A DNA stretch of 64,000 bases from Candidatus Heimdallarchaeota archaeon. Its GTDB lineage: Archaea; Asgardarchaeota; Heimdallarchaeia; Heimdallarchaeales; Heimdallarchaeaceae. Below the pieces are notes generated by a model. It worked only from the letters and a program-made list of their open reading frames with translations. It ran no database searches and was not told the origin of the DNA. The DNA is taken from NCBI GenBank assembly GCA_019057815.1, contig JAHLWR010000009.1:64001-128000 (forward strand), in the 5' to 3' direction. Shown piece by piece: positions 19,221 through 29,371 of the stretch; the first letter of the stretch is position 1, and every line of letters starts with the position of its first letter. Made by a program: the position numbers and the translations under genes.

Positions 19221-20189
19221 ATGTCGTTCACTCTTGAAAAGAAACATGTTGTTTTAATAACAAAGATAGGTATCGCAGTTTTCTATGGCTTATACTTATT
19301 AGCCATGATTCTAGGTTTGTTCTTAAACACCGCTTATACAGCTTTTACAAGTAGTTTTTACTCTTTACAAGCTAATGCATTCGGAGCAGCTTGGTCTTAC
19401 TTCCATCTGTTCTCGCTAGTTGCAATGCTCGGATTATTAACAATCTACATAATTTATTTGATTACGGGTAATAAAACAGCACAACTGAAAACTATAGCGA
19501 TATATTTCTTTGGAGCTTATCTCACTTTTGCTGGTATGTCAATGTTTGCTCTAGGTATATTCGCTGGAATTCAATTCGACTTTTTAATTCTTGCTACAAT
19601 GCTTTTCGGAATATCGTTATGGTTAACAACCTTACTTGAAAAAACTGATGTAATATCAAAAGAAAATAGTAAACTGTTTAAAGCTCTTGGATCGTTGTTG
19701 TATTTTGTAGGAATCACAATTTCAAATCAGAGGATAATGTTCTCAGCTAATGCTGAACCAACATCAATACTATATGGAATTCAGAAGGGATTTATAAGTC
19801 AAAAATTCTTCTATCCTACATTACCTGATTGGATATTCGGAGGATTGATTTGGTTGTTTGTGTCTTTATACCTTGGAGCAGAATATCTTAACTCAAAAGG
19901 TATAATAACGACTACTGAAAAAACCAAAACTATTTTGAAAAGCACAATATTTTCGGTTTTCACTTTAGAATTACTACTATTCAGCATATTCTTTATTTTC
20001 TTCGGAAGTATGCAGGGAGTATGTGTTATTCTAATGTTTGTTGGAAGTATGTTCGGTCTTCTTACATCTATAGGTTTAATATTCTTGCTTTTAGATAAAT
20101 GGGGATTGATTCCAACTCCAGGAAAGCCTAAAGAAACTCCTCTACCTGAAGAACCAACAGAAGAACCGCTAACACTACAACAAGAATAA
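19221..20189 (+). CDS. Polytopic membrane protein, unknown function
   Basis: Many hydrophobic segments, acidic/Pro-rich tail. Confidence 0.75.
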   Translation: MSFTLEKKHVVLITKIGIAVFYGLYLLAMILGLFLNTAYTAFTSSFYSLQANAFGAAWSYFHLFSLVAMLGLLTIYIIYLITGNKTAQLKTIAIYFFGAYLTFAGMSMFALGIFAGIQFDFLILATMLFGISLWLTTLLEKTDVISKENSKLFKALGSLLYFVGITISNQRIMFSANAEPTSILYGIQKGFISQKFFYPTLPDWIFGGLIWLFVSLYLGAEYLNSKGIITTTEKTKTILKSTIFSVFTLELLLFSIFFIFFGSMQGVCVILMFVGSMFGLLTSIGLIFLLLDKWGLIPTPGKPKETPLPEEPTEEPLTLQQE

Positions 20190-20197
20190 ACTCAATC

Positions 20198-20230
20198 TCT
20201 TTTTCTTTTTCTTTTTTTCTTTTATTTTTT
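20198..20230 (+). terminator. Oligo-T terminator
   Basis: Long pyrimidine tract of repeated T runs after the 20189 stop. Confidence 0.5.
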
Positions 20231-20358
20231 ACTTAAAACTTAATGCTTCATACTGGTCGAAATCTAGAAATTTGAGGAAAATTAACGTAGGACTAATTTA
20301 TACAAAAATATGGGAAGAGGACACTTCGATCGTATTCTGAAAGAACAACCCATATATT

Positions 20359-21306
20359 TCATTTTGTAACTTTGTTCAGTTTTAAGTTTTGCATCTTATT
20401 ATTACGATTAGAAGCACCTTTTTCTCCTAATATTGCAAGAATTACTGTACCAATTATAATAATGAATATTCCTAGTGAAATCAATATTTCAGATACTGTG
20501 TCTATAGTTTCCCACTCTCTTAAAACAATAACACCGTATAAAACAGGAAGTATTCTTAAAACTGAGTTATAGGTTGGAATAGCTATTACAGCTTTACATC
20601 TCTGATATGATAATTGATTAAAAATGGTTGATGCACCGCTTAAAAATATGAATATAATAATTAAGATCCACATGCTCCAATCTTTGAATATTGTATATTC
20701 TTGGGATCTGATGATTACACTTGCTCCATTCAAAATAATTACCGCTACACCTATAGTTGTACCAGCTACAACACTATAGGCAACACCCACATATTGTTTT
20801 ATCCATAAGATGAATGTTATCAATAAAATAACACTTAGAGCAATTGATACTAATAATATTATAACAGATGGTGTAGAAACAAATAAGTTCCAAAATTCGT
20901 TGAAATCACTTTGTGTACTTGTCTCAAGAGAAAAATAACCTGCTATTACTACACCTATAGCAATTGTAATTAAAGCTGCTCCTTCCTTAATGTTTATCTT
21001 CTCTTTCACAATGAATCTAGAGAATATAGCTATGAATATTATAGAAGTTCCTCCAAGACTAGATATTAGTGATATGCTCCCCCACGAATATGCTAGAGCA
21101 GTTATAGGAACTGCGAGAATAGTCAACATAACACCTAATATCCAAAGAGGTTTAGTTAAAAAATTCTTTAAATTTGGAATTATTGACGTTTTTTCAATAG
21201 ACGGAAGAGATTCACTTACTTTTTTCTGAAGGACATATCCTAGCGAAATGATAATATTACCTAATAGTGCAAGAGGAATAGCAAATATAGCAACATTGTC
21301 AGCCAC
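20359..21306 (-). CDS. DMT-superfamily transporter, NIPA (Mg2+)-like
   Basis: GYVLQKK, PLWILG, FNQLSYQ..AIPTY, ~9 TM segments. Confidence 0.7.
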   Translation of the reverse strand: MADNVAIFAIPLALLGNIIISLGYVLQKKVSESLPSIEKTSIIPNLKNFLTKPLWILGVMLTILAVPITALAYSWGSISLISSLGGTSIIFIAIFSRFIVKEKINIKEGAALITIAIGVVIAGYFSLETSTQSDFNEFWNLFVSTPSVIILLVSIALSVILLITFILWIKQYVGVAYSVVAGTTIGVAVIILNGASVIIRSQEYTIFKDWSMWILIIIFIFLSGASTIFNQLSYQRCKAVIAIPTYNSVLRILPVLYGVIVLREWETIDTVSEILISLGIFIIIIGTVILAILGEKGASNRNNKMQNLKLNKVTK

Positions 21307-21410
21307 AGAAAAGTTAAAGATTTTCTGATTTATAATCCCTTTGGCAAATAGATTTTACAAACAAATCTGTTGTTTTGGTAGGACACTAATAAAATTCTTG
21401 AGTATTAAGT

Positions 21411-24400
21411 TCAAGTCTTTCTTTTTATTCTTCTTCTTTTTATCTGCTCTATATTAGCGTGAATTAATCTTTTCATATTTGGAGTAATTGCTGAGATATC
21501 TGAATCAAATACAATAAAAGGGGTTTTATTTTTCATGTAAATTGGTTTGAGTATAGCTTGTGAAATCTTATAAGGTAAACAATTAATTGGTCCTGTCAAT
21601 ATTAAAGAATCGTAATTAGATTCTTCTAGAATTTCCATACCCTTTCCAATTGTTGGAATAGCTTCACCGAATATTAGAAGGCTGATTAAGGGTTTTGAAT
21701 GTTTAATTATTAATTTTAAGCTATTACGGTCTTCAAGCAATAATCCAGTTTTTTTATACTTCTTTCTTTGTTTCTTTTCAGCTATATACATTATAACAGG
21801 TCCAATCTTACTAATAAAAAACAATTGAGCGTTTCTGGTCCAGAATGTAGATAAAGCTTTAAGAGCTGTTGAAAATTTATATGGATCTCTTTTCCAATTA
21901 TGAGCAGCTACATGAGCAAGATGGAAACTACTGTATAAAGTAAGCTCAAACATATCTGACGATTTAACTATAATACCATGCTTGGTATAAATTTCTCTTA
22001 GTTCTCGCAGAAAGAAAGGACTAAAACGAACAAAGAAATCACCACTTATAAGCACTTTTGGATGCGTTTCTGGAGAACCTTTACGCGGTATTGTTGCTAT
22101 GCGTTCGATGAGTTTTTCAACATTTTTGTCATAATCCTTCAGAACTTTTGTGGTAACTAAGAACTCAGACCAGTACTTATGTAAAAGGTTTAGACTCTCT
22201 TTCTCACCAACTACATGTAATGAGCTTTCTATCTCACTCATAATGTCAGCTAGTAAAACAATCTTGGGATTATAACGAGCTATCTTTAAGAGACCTACAC
22301 CCAAGAAATTTGTCAATTGATCAAATCTAAAAATGAAGAGATTTTCTATTTTGTTATCTTCAATAAATTGCTCCAAATAATGAATATAGCTGAATACAGC
22401 ACATGGGGAACCTCCTGACATCATGTAAAATCCGAGTACATCTTCTGGATTTTTTCTGTTTTCCACTATTGTAAGAATGTTTCCGAGAACTATGGGTAAA
22501 GGTAAGCATTCTTTTCCTGAACAGTATCTTAGACCTTTAATTGGATATTCCAATTTGATATCTGTAGCGTTTCCTACATTGAAACCGTATAGTTCGAATC
22601 CTTTGGTGAATGCAGCTGTATGATACTTAGAAAAACCTGGCATGAAGAGTTTAACTCGTGAATCTCGAATATCAAGCCTCGTACCATCAGAAGTGATAAC
22701 TTCTATTTTTCCATTTGTTTTTTCAACTCTAGAGATTTGGAATGGTTTTGTTTCTTTTTTTTCAGTTAATTTTTGAAAATTATCGATTATTTCTAGAAAG
22801 GCTTCAAGACGTGTTTGAGTACCAGCATCAGCTGTATGAGAATCAAGCTCTAGAAGTAAGAAAGGTTTAGAACTCATCTCACTTTTGACGTAATTTTGGA
22901 TGAAAGCGTCAATTGTACAACTAAAGCTGTTAATATATAATAAGAAGAGGTTATCATTATTTTTTGCTAGATCTATTGCAACTTTAGCATAATTAGCAAA
23001 ATACCAAGGAATATCATCTACTTCATATTTATCAAGAAAATCAAAAGGTATTACTGTAACACCCATACTTGCCAGTTTTTTTGGAATCAATTGTGACGTT
23101 TCTGCTGGAAAAACATTGTAACTTCTACCAACCAATAGAATAGCTATTTCTTTAGATTCTTTTAATCTCTGTAATACCTCTTTTCCCAATTGTAGGAATT
23201 TATCTTCAACTTCCTTCTGTACCACTACAGCTTTTTCATATGCTTCTTCAACTAAATTCTTTGACTGTTTCAATTCCTTAACAGCCATTTTCACTAATGC
23301 TTCATCGCTCTCATACCCCTTAGAATAATCAAGTACAGGATTTAAGAATCGCGTATCACTAAAAGCTCTAGAAATGATATATGGACTAGCTTGAGTTATT
23401 GGGCAGAAAGTTGAATCAAACCACTTTTCACCTTTCGTTAATTTATGAACGTGAGGTAAGAAAATTGTTGGTATTTCCTTCTTGATTAAATCAAATACAG
23501 CTCCGTGCAATATCTGTACGGGATAGCAAAATGAAGCGTTTGTTAAATTTTCTTTGTTCTCATCTATATCTGATAGAATGACCTCGTAACCTAATTCTTC
23601 AAAAAACGTAGAAAATAAAGGAAATAAACTATGAGTGAGTAAAGCTCTAGGAATACCTATTTTTCCTTTGATTTGTTTTGATCTTGTCTTTCTCTTATCT
23701 TTTCTAGCAAAAATTAGTTCATTTCTTTGGTCAACAAGATTTTCCTTTTCTTTTATTTTCTCGGATCCTTTCCATTGATGTTCATATCTAGAACATCGAC
23801 CTCCAAATGGAAACTGACGACCACCTACTTCATATCTTTCAATTTTACAATAGTTTTTACATGATTTGCATATAAAACTCCCAAGATGCTTCAATTCTTC
23901 TTTAACTAGTGATTCAAGACACGTTTTTTTTGGCATTTCTTTTATTTCATACTGTGCGTTCTTTGCTTTCGCTATAAGAGCTATACCAAATGCACCAATT
24001 AATTCTGGGTTAGGTGGTATGATTATTTGTTTTCCTGTCGTTTGGGCAAAAGCATAACCTACAGAGTTATTTTTAGCAACTCCTCCTTGAAAGAAAATTT
24101 TCTTACCTACTGATCTAGAACCTTTCACTTTATTCAAGTAGTTTTCAGCAATTGAGTAAACTAATCCTCCAATTATATTTTCATGACCATATCCTTCTTG
24201 CAACGCCGTACGAACATCAGTATTGATAAAGGCTGCACAATCAGCTTTGAATCTAACAGGATCATTTGCTTCCATTGCAATTTGAGAGAGATCAGAAATA
24301 TCAATGCCTAGATCACCTTTGGAGCTTTCTTCTAGAAAAGAACCTGTTCCTGCAGAGCATGAAGCATTCATCGCATAGTCTACTGGCACACCGTTTTGAA

Positions 24401-25610
24401 GAAACATATATTTTGAGTCTTGACCTCCAATTTCAAATATAGTATCAACATCGGGATCATAATATACAGCTCCTTCTGAATGAGCAGAAATTTCATTAAA
24501 AACAGCTGAAGTCCCAAGATAAGCACCAACTAGTTGTCTTCCTGAACCTGTTACTCCAACTAAATTGACTTTACAATCACCTACTTGCGAGATAATTTCT
24601 TTAATACATTTTCTTGTTGCTTCAATAGGATTCCCGCTTGTTTTACCATAATAAGATGCAATCACAGCTGTATCAGCTGGGTCTACTAATACTGCTTTAG
24701 TAGTTGTTGAACCAACATCGACACCTAATAAAAATTCTGAATCTTGATTAAAATCTTTCTTGTATTCAGTTGATTCGATTATTGTCACTTGATTACTGAA
24801 TTGATGCAAGGAAGGGAACGTGAAAAAACTTTGACTTGTCTTTATTTCTAATTGTTGATGAATGGGAGAATCTTTAACCATAAGAGCTGTTCCATATGCT
24901 TCAAAAACGGAACAAACATCTTTAACCACTACTTCAGCGTCATTAAGCTCTTCTCTAAGTAATTTAACAAAAGCATCATTAAGTGAAACTCCTCCAATCA
25001 GAAGTAAACTTTTAACATCTACCCGAGATTGAAAAATCAACCCCATAACTTTATTCACCATACTAGAAAGAACAGAGGTTAAAATATCTTCAATTGAAGC
25101 TTCGCCTTTATTCAATTTGTGCGTTATATCAGATTTACAATGAACAGAACAACGAGAAGCTAATTCTATTTTTTTACCTTTTTGAGCAAGAGAGATAGCT
25201 TCAGGTAAAGAAATATTTAGTCTTCCGATTTGCTGGATAAAAAACTCTCCACTTCCAGCAGCACATTTATCGTGAGATAAGACGTTAATAATATGTCCAT
25301 TTTCATTTAATACATATAAGACAAAGCCTTCTCCGCCTAATGAGAGGACAACATCAAACTTCTCATTTAATGAACTAATACCTCGTTCAACAGCAACTAT
25401 CTCAGATAAGTCTCCAAATGAACCACTAACACCAAAATAACACTCTTTTGAGCTTAAATTCTCCTCAATAATTTGATTTAAGACATCAATTGGTTTACCT
25501 AAATGAGGTCGCTTGAATTTAGTAAAATTACCTTTGGCGTCTACGTAAACGAGATTAACTGAAATTGAACCGATGTTAACTCCTACATAGTAACTATAAA
25601 TATTAGACAC
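21411..25610 (-). CDS. Fused CoA-dehydratase activase/reductase (2x BadF/BcrAD ATPase + DUF2229/HgdD-like), PlsA/Ger-like
   Basis: GVNIGS..KCAAGSGEF..RCSVH; GVDVGSTTTK..EIGGQDSK..CSAGTGSF; GIPRAL..CYP..FCP; ELDSH..TRLEAF; GKECLP; GPINCLP. Confidence 0.9.
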   Translation of the reverse strand: MSNIYSYYVGVNIGSISVNLVYVDAKGNFTKFKRPHLGKPIDVLNQIIEENLSSKECYFGVSGSFGDLSEIVAVERGISSLNEKFDVVLSLGGEGFVLYVLNENGHIINVLSHDKCAAGSGEFFIQQIGRLNISLPEAISLAQKGKKIELASRCSVHCKSDITHKLNKGEASIEDILTSVLSSMVNKVMGLIFQSRVDVKSLLLIGGVSLNDAFVKLLREELNDAEVVVKDVCSVFEAYGTALMVKDSPIHQQLEIKTSQSFFTFPSLHQFSNQVTIIESTEYKKDFNQDSEFLLGVDVGSTTTKAVLVDPADTAVIASYYGKTSGNPIEATRKCIKEIISQVGDCKVNLVGVTGSGRQLVGAYLGTSAVFNEISAHSEGAVYYDPDVDTIFEIGGQDSKYMFLQNGVPVDYAMNASCSAGTGSFLEESSKGDLGIDISDLSQIAMEANDPVRFKADCAAFINTDVRTALQEGYGHENIIGGLVYSIAENYLNKVKGSRSVGKKIFFQGGVAKNNSVGYAFAQTTGKQIIIPPNPELIGAFGIALIAKAKNAQYEIKEMPKKTCLESLVKEELKHLGSFICKSCKNYCKIERYEVGGRQFPFGGRCSRYEHQWKGSEKIKEKENLVDQRNELIFARKDKRKTRSKQIKGKIGIPRALLTHSLFPLFSTFFEELGYEVILSDIDENKENLTNASFCYPVQILHGAVFDLIKKEIPTIFLPHVHKLTKGEKWFDSTFCPITQASPYIISRAFSDTRFLNPVLDYSKGYESDEALVKMAVKELKQSKNLVEEAYEKAVVVQKEVEDKFLQLGKEVLQRLKESKEIAILLVGRSYNVFPAETSQLIPKKLASMGVTVIPFDFLDKYEVDDIPWYFANYAKVAIDLAKNNDNLFLLYINSFSCTIDAFIQNYVKSEMSSKPFLLLELDSHTADAGTQTRLEAFLEIIDNFQKLTEKKETKPFQISRVEKTNGKIEVITSDGTRLDIRDSRVKLFMPGFSKYHTAAFTKGFELYGFNVGNATDIKLEYPIKGLRYCSGKECLPLPIVLGNILTIVENRKNPEDVLGFYMMSGGSPCAVFSYIHYLEQFIEDNKIENLFIFRFDQLTNFLGVGLLKIARYNPKIVLLADIMSEIESSLHVVGEKESLNLLHKYWSEFLVTTKVLKDYDKNVEKLIERIATIPRKGSPETHPKVLISGDFFVRFSPFFLRELREIYTKHGIIVKSSDMFELTLYSSFHLAHVAAHNWKRDPYKFSTALKALSTFWTRNAQLFFISKIGPVIMYIAEKKQRKKYKKTGLLLEDRNSLKLIIKHSKPLISLLIFGEAIPTIGKGMEILEESNYDSLILTGPINCLPYKISQAILKPIYMKNKTPFIVFDSDISAITPNMKRLIHANIEQIKRRRIKRKT

Positions 25611-25755
25611 CTATAGATTGAATAGATTATTATACAGTTGTATAGTTATATAACAGTATAGGGTATATAAAAACTATTTCTTGTGGATTTAGGAATGAGA
25701 ATATTCGTTATGTAAGTAAAAAATCATGAGAAATATTAGCTTTTAGTTTCAACAC

Positions 25756-26712
25756 TTAATGATTCTTTTTGATATATGTCCATACAGCTTTTGCAATTTG
25801 TATATCTTGAACTGCTACACCTGTAAGATCAACAACAGTAATCTCTTCTTCGGAAGTCCTTTGAAAATTTTTATTGACTATTGCTTTTCCTATTTCAACC
25901 AACTTTTCTTTCTCTATCATTCTATTCTGCATAGCTTTGAAGCTTTCTCCTCTTTCCATACACTGACTTAAACTATCAACAATCACTCTGTTAGCTTTCT
26001 TCAAAATTGCTGAATCTAGCTCTTGCTTTTCTGGAGTATCTGATCCTATAGCAGTTATGTGTGTTCCTTCATTTATCTGTTCTGCTTCTATTAAAGGTGT
26101 TTTAGAGGGTGTACAAGTTACAATTAAATTGCTTGTAGAAGTTATATCTTCTGCATTTAGACTTGTTTCTACCTTAAATCCAAGCTTCTTCATATCTCTC
26201 TTGTAAATATCTAATTCTTCTTGATTAGTTCCCCAAGTAATAATATTTTTACAATCAAGAACTTTCTGAAGATAAATCGGTTGCAATCTCCCATGAGTGC
26301 CAGCTCCAAAAATCCCTATTCTTTTGATTTTTTTAGGAGCAAAATATTTAGCTGCAATAGCTCCAGCTGAGGCAGTTCTAATATTTGTTAGATGTCCTTC
26401 ATCAAGTAGAACACTTAATAATTGACCTGTTTTTTGACTAAAAAGTAGCATTAGTCCATCAAATGCAGGTAATCCCAATTTTGGATTGTCATAGAAACCT
26501 GTAGCAACTTTAATCACGAAAAAATCATCTTTCTTAATGAAACCATATTTAATATGACATTCACCTGGAGGATCATCAAAGACCATTTCTCCCACGGGAG
26601 GTACAGTAACATTTCCTTGCGAGTAAGCAATAAATCCTTCTTCAATTAATTTAATAGGATCTATCTTTTCTAAAATGCTTTTTATCTCTTCTAAATGAAC
26701 TATTTTCGTCAT
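25756..26712 (-). CDS. Ornithine cyclodeaminase/mu-crystallin family protein
   Basis: LTNIRTA, GAG, AIGSD..KQE, DLTGVAVQD. Confidence 0.9.
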   Translation of the reverse strand: MTKIVHLEEIKSILEKIDPIKLIEEGFIAYSQGNVTVPPVGEMVFDDPPGECHIKYGFIKKDDFFVIKVATGFYDNPKLGLPAFDGLMLLFSQKTGQLLSVLLDEGHLTNIRTASAGAIAAKYFAPKKIKRIGIFGAGTHGRLQPIYLQKVLDCKNIITWGTNQEELDIYKRDMKKLGFKVETSLNAEDITSTSNLIVTCTPSKTPLIEAEQINEGTHITAIGSDTPEKQELDSAILKKANRVIVDSLSQCMERGESFKAMQNRMIEKEKLVEIGKAIVNKNFQRTSEEEITVVDLTGVAVQDIQIAKAVWTYIKKNH

Positions 26713-26778
26713 TCTACTCCACTAGTCTTGTGATAGTATAGTTTAACTTTCTCTTGAAGTATTAATATCTTCTTCATT

Positions 26779-27606
26779 TTACCTAGGAAATTCTTTTTCT
26801 ATTTCTTTTAAACAAGATTTAAGGACTTTGTATCCTAATATCAATAATTCACGTAGAGTATTAGATACCTTAAAACCTTCAAAAAAGGCTTTCCATCCTG
26901 TTTTATAGTATGAAGTGTAAAGGTTACAGATATAGCTAAAATCCTTTTTTTCCAGTTCTTCACATATTTTTGTTCTATTAAATGTCCAAACGTCTAATGG
27001 AGAATCATTGAATTGTGTTAATAATCTTACTGGAGTTGGAGAAATTCTCCAGCTCATTCTGCGAACAAGCGTCCAAAGATCTAATCCACTTCTATCTATA
27101 GCACTCATTGGAAGTGTCGATAGATGAGTCTTAAGTTCTAAAATATTATTATTATCTATTGTTCGTATTTCTGAATCAGATTGGATGGGATTCTGTTTAG
27201 GTTTACCAATTAATATTACAACATCCTTTATCCGTGGGTAAACGAAGAACTCTTCATTTTCTAGTTGGTTTAGATTCACAATCTGAGTTCTAGGAACATG
27301 CAAATATTCTCTGTTTTTGGAGCAAAACTGCTCTTCATACTTTCTTGAAATTTCCATTGATTCAAAGAAGGCATCTTCTTGATTAGTAAAAAACGATTCA
27401 CCATCATGTAATTTTACGTGAATATCTAGATCGCCAAGTATTGGAACATAATCAATAATACTATCCCATTCTTTTACTGCTGAACCTTTGCAATAAACAT
27501 AATCTACTTTTTCCTTATAACAATCATTAAAAATCCCCGCCCATATATCTAGACTTGATTTCACGTCTTGCTTCGCTTGGGAAAGAAATTCTGAATAATC
27601 CACCAT
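26779..27606 (-). CDS. Hypothetical protein with Pol-beta-like nucleotidyltransferase signature
   Basis: YVYCKGS...GDLDIHV; start taken at ATG 27606 (ORF track starts at 27645). Confidence 0.55.
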   Translation of the reverse strand: MVDYSEFLSQAKQDVKSSLDIWAGIFNDCYKEKVDYVYCKGSAVKEWDSIIDYVPILGDLDIHVKLHDGESFFTNQEDAFFESMEISRKYEEQFCSKNREYLHVPRTQIVNLNQLENEEFFVYPRIKDVVILIGKPKQNPIQSDSEIRTIDNNNILELKTHLSTLPMSAIDRSGLDLWTLVRRMSWRISPTPVRLLTQFNDSPLDVWTFNRTKICEELEKKDFSYICNLYTSYYKTGWKAFFEGFKVSNTLRELLILGYKVLKSCLKEIEKEFPR

Positions 27607-27654
27607 TATTTGTTCTATCGTAAAGGTCTTTAAAACATATTTCATTTAAGATAG

Positions 27655-27675
27655 AAGGTCAACAGATAGTTCTAT
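27655..27675. repeat. 21-bp exact repeat, copy 2
   Basis: Identical to 10974-10994. Confidence 0.9.
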
Positions 27676-27699
27676 GAGGGATTCCTTTAGTGGATTTCT

Positions 27700-28053
27700 C
27701 TATTTTTTATATCGCCATATATTTCTTTCCAACATTGTTATTTTTTTTATTATATCAGATTCTTTAGTAGTTTTTAAAAAATTCAATAGGGATTCCCCAG
27801 ATACTTGATCAGTTGCAGGATGTATATCAATGATTATTATTCCATGATTATCTTTAATTGCAGGCGTTAAGAACTCCTTATCATGAGTTATTAAAATCCA
27901 TTTCTTTTCCTTACATAATACAATTAATGTGCCATTATCGATACCAAGAAGATTTTCTGTTCTCACAGACTTAACCAAAAAATCTGCGAGCTTTAACCTC
28001 CTAAATGTCTTCATAGAAACATTCTCGTCAAGAAGATACTCCAGTTTCGACAA
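27700..28053 (-). CDS. DUF5615 PIN-like toxin (VapC45-like)
   Basis: YLLDENV..D..ILITHDKEF. Confidence 0.85.
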   Translation of the reverse strand: MSKLEYLLDENVSMKTFRRLKLADFLVKSVRTENLLGIDNGTLIVLCKEKKWILITHDKEFLTPAIKDNHGIIIIDIHPATDQVSGESLLNFLKTTKESDIIKKITMLERNIWRYKK

Positions 28054-28270
28054 TTGGTGTTATCTCCTCGTTATTAATTATTGTTCTTGCAAATCTTAAA
28101 CATGATTTTATATCATCAGTTGATAATTGTGGGTATTCATGTAGTATATCTTCAAAGGAGAGGTCATGCTCTAACATTTCAAGAATTAGATACACAAGAA
28201 TTCTTGTACCTTTGATACAAGGTTTTCCATGACATATATCTGGATGGATAGAGATTCGTGGTTCACTCAT
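28028..28270 (-). CDS. DUF433 antitoxin (VapB45-like)
   Basis: PDICHGKPCIKGTRI.V..EYPQLS..DI. Confidence 0.92.
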   Translation of the reverse strand: MSEPRISIHPDICHGKPCIKGTRILVYLILEMLEHDLSFEDILHEYPQLSTDDIKSCLRFARTIINNEEITPIVETGVSS

Positions 28271-28404
28271 ATTTTGTCACTGGTTATATCATAAAATCTA
28301 TTTACTACTTCTTAAACTTACCCTAATCTAACTAGCAATAGGCAAAAATCAAGTGATTAGAAAGCAAAGTTGATAATCTGTTTAGAGATATAATAAATAG
28401 AAAA

Positions 28405-29337
28405 ATGAAATATATTTTTGGTCCAGTTCCTTCACGAAGATTAGGACGATCTTTAGGTATTAGTCCCATCCCTCCTAAAACATGTAATTTTTCTTGTGTT
28501 TATTGTCAATTAGGAAGAACTTCGAACTTTACAAATACAAGAGAAATGTTTTATCCTCCTGAAGAACTATTAGAAGAAGCAAAAGAAGCGTTAAAACAAG
28601 ATAAGGAAATAGACTTTATAACTATTGTAGGCGATGGAGAACCCACACTTTATGCAGGTTTAGGAGAGCTGATAATAGGTATTAAAAAAATAACCTCTAT
28701 TCCAATTGCAGTTATTACAAATGGAGCTCTTCTATACAGAAAGGATGTCAGAACAGATCTACTAAAAGCTGATGTGGTTCTACCAACATTAGATGCTCCA
28801 AATCAACAGTTATTTAAGATTATTAACAGACCTAGAAAGGAATTAGATTTAAACAAAATTATCGAAGGTATGAGGTCATTCAAGGAAGAATATACTAATC
28901 AATTATGGTTAGAAGTAATGATAGTTAAAGATAAAAACGATAATCCTGAAATATTAACACAAATAAAGAAGATAATAGATAAAATCGGTTTTGACAAAGT
29001 ATTCATCAATGCTCCTATCCGTCCTCCTGCTGAAAAATGGGTAGAGATTCCTTCCTTGGAAAATCTTCAAAACGCAAAGGAGATCTTAGAAGCTGAAGAT
29101 ATTTCACATTATGAAGAAGTATTAATTGAAAATGTAGACAAAAAGTCTGATTCGGAACAGAGAATAATAGAAATAACACAAAGGCATCCCTTACGTGAAG
29201 AACAAGTTTATTCATTGTTTCCAGAACTAAATAAAAAAGAAATAGATAGGATTCTTAACAAAATGGAAGAAAAAGGAATAATCTACTCAGTTGTGTATAA
29301 TGAAAAAATATTCTGGAAGATTTCAAAAAACCGATAA
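28405..29337 (+). CDS. Radical SAM protein (COG0731, TYW1-related family)
   Basis: FGPVPSRRLGRSLG, CNFSCVYC, GDGEPTL, RPPAE. Confidence 0.9.
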   Translation: MKYIFGPVPSRRLGRSLGISPIPPKTCNFSCVYCQLGRTSNFTNTREMFYPPEELLEEAKEALKQDKEIDFITIVGDGEPTLYAGLGELIIGIKKITSIPIAVITNGALLYRKDVRTDLLKADVVLPTLDAPNQQLFKIINRPRKELDLNKIIEGMRSFKEEYTNQLWLEVMIVKDKNDNPEILTQIKKIIDKIGFDKVFINAPIRPPAEKWVEIPSLENLQNAKEILEAEDISHYEEVLIENVDKKSDSEQRIIEITQRHPLREEQVYSLFPELNKKEIDRILNKMEEKGIIYSVVYNEKIFWKISKNR

Positions 29338-29371
29338 AATATTTATAACTCTCATAAAGTGGTGAAACAGC

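Noticed and set aside
25630-25660. Short palindromes upstream of the PlsA-like gene (gttatataac)
   Set aside because: Low-complexity AT-rich sequence, probably overlapping the TATA region; not distinguishable from chance
27655-27700. Complete integron attC site after the TA pair
   Set aside because: Only one AAC-N5-GTT half is present, with no complementary second half and no integrase in the window
28405-29337. Calling the radical SAM gene taw1 (wyosine synthesis)
   Set aside because: Belongs to the related FGPVPSRRLG subfamily; function cannot be assigned from motifs
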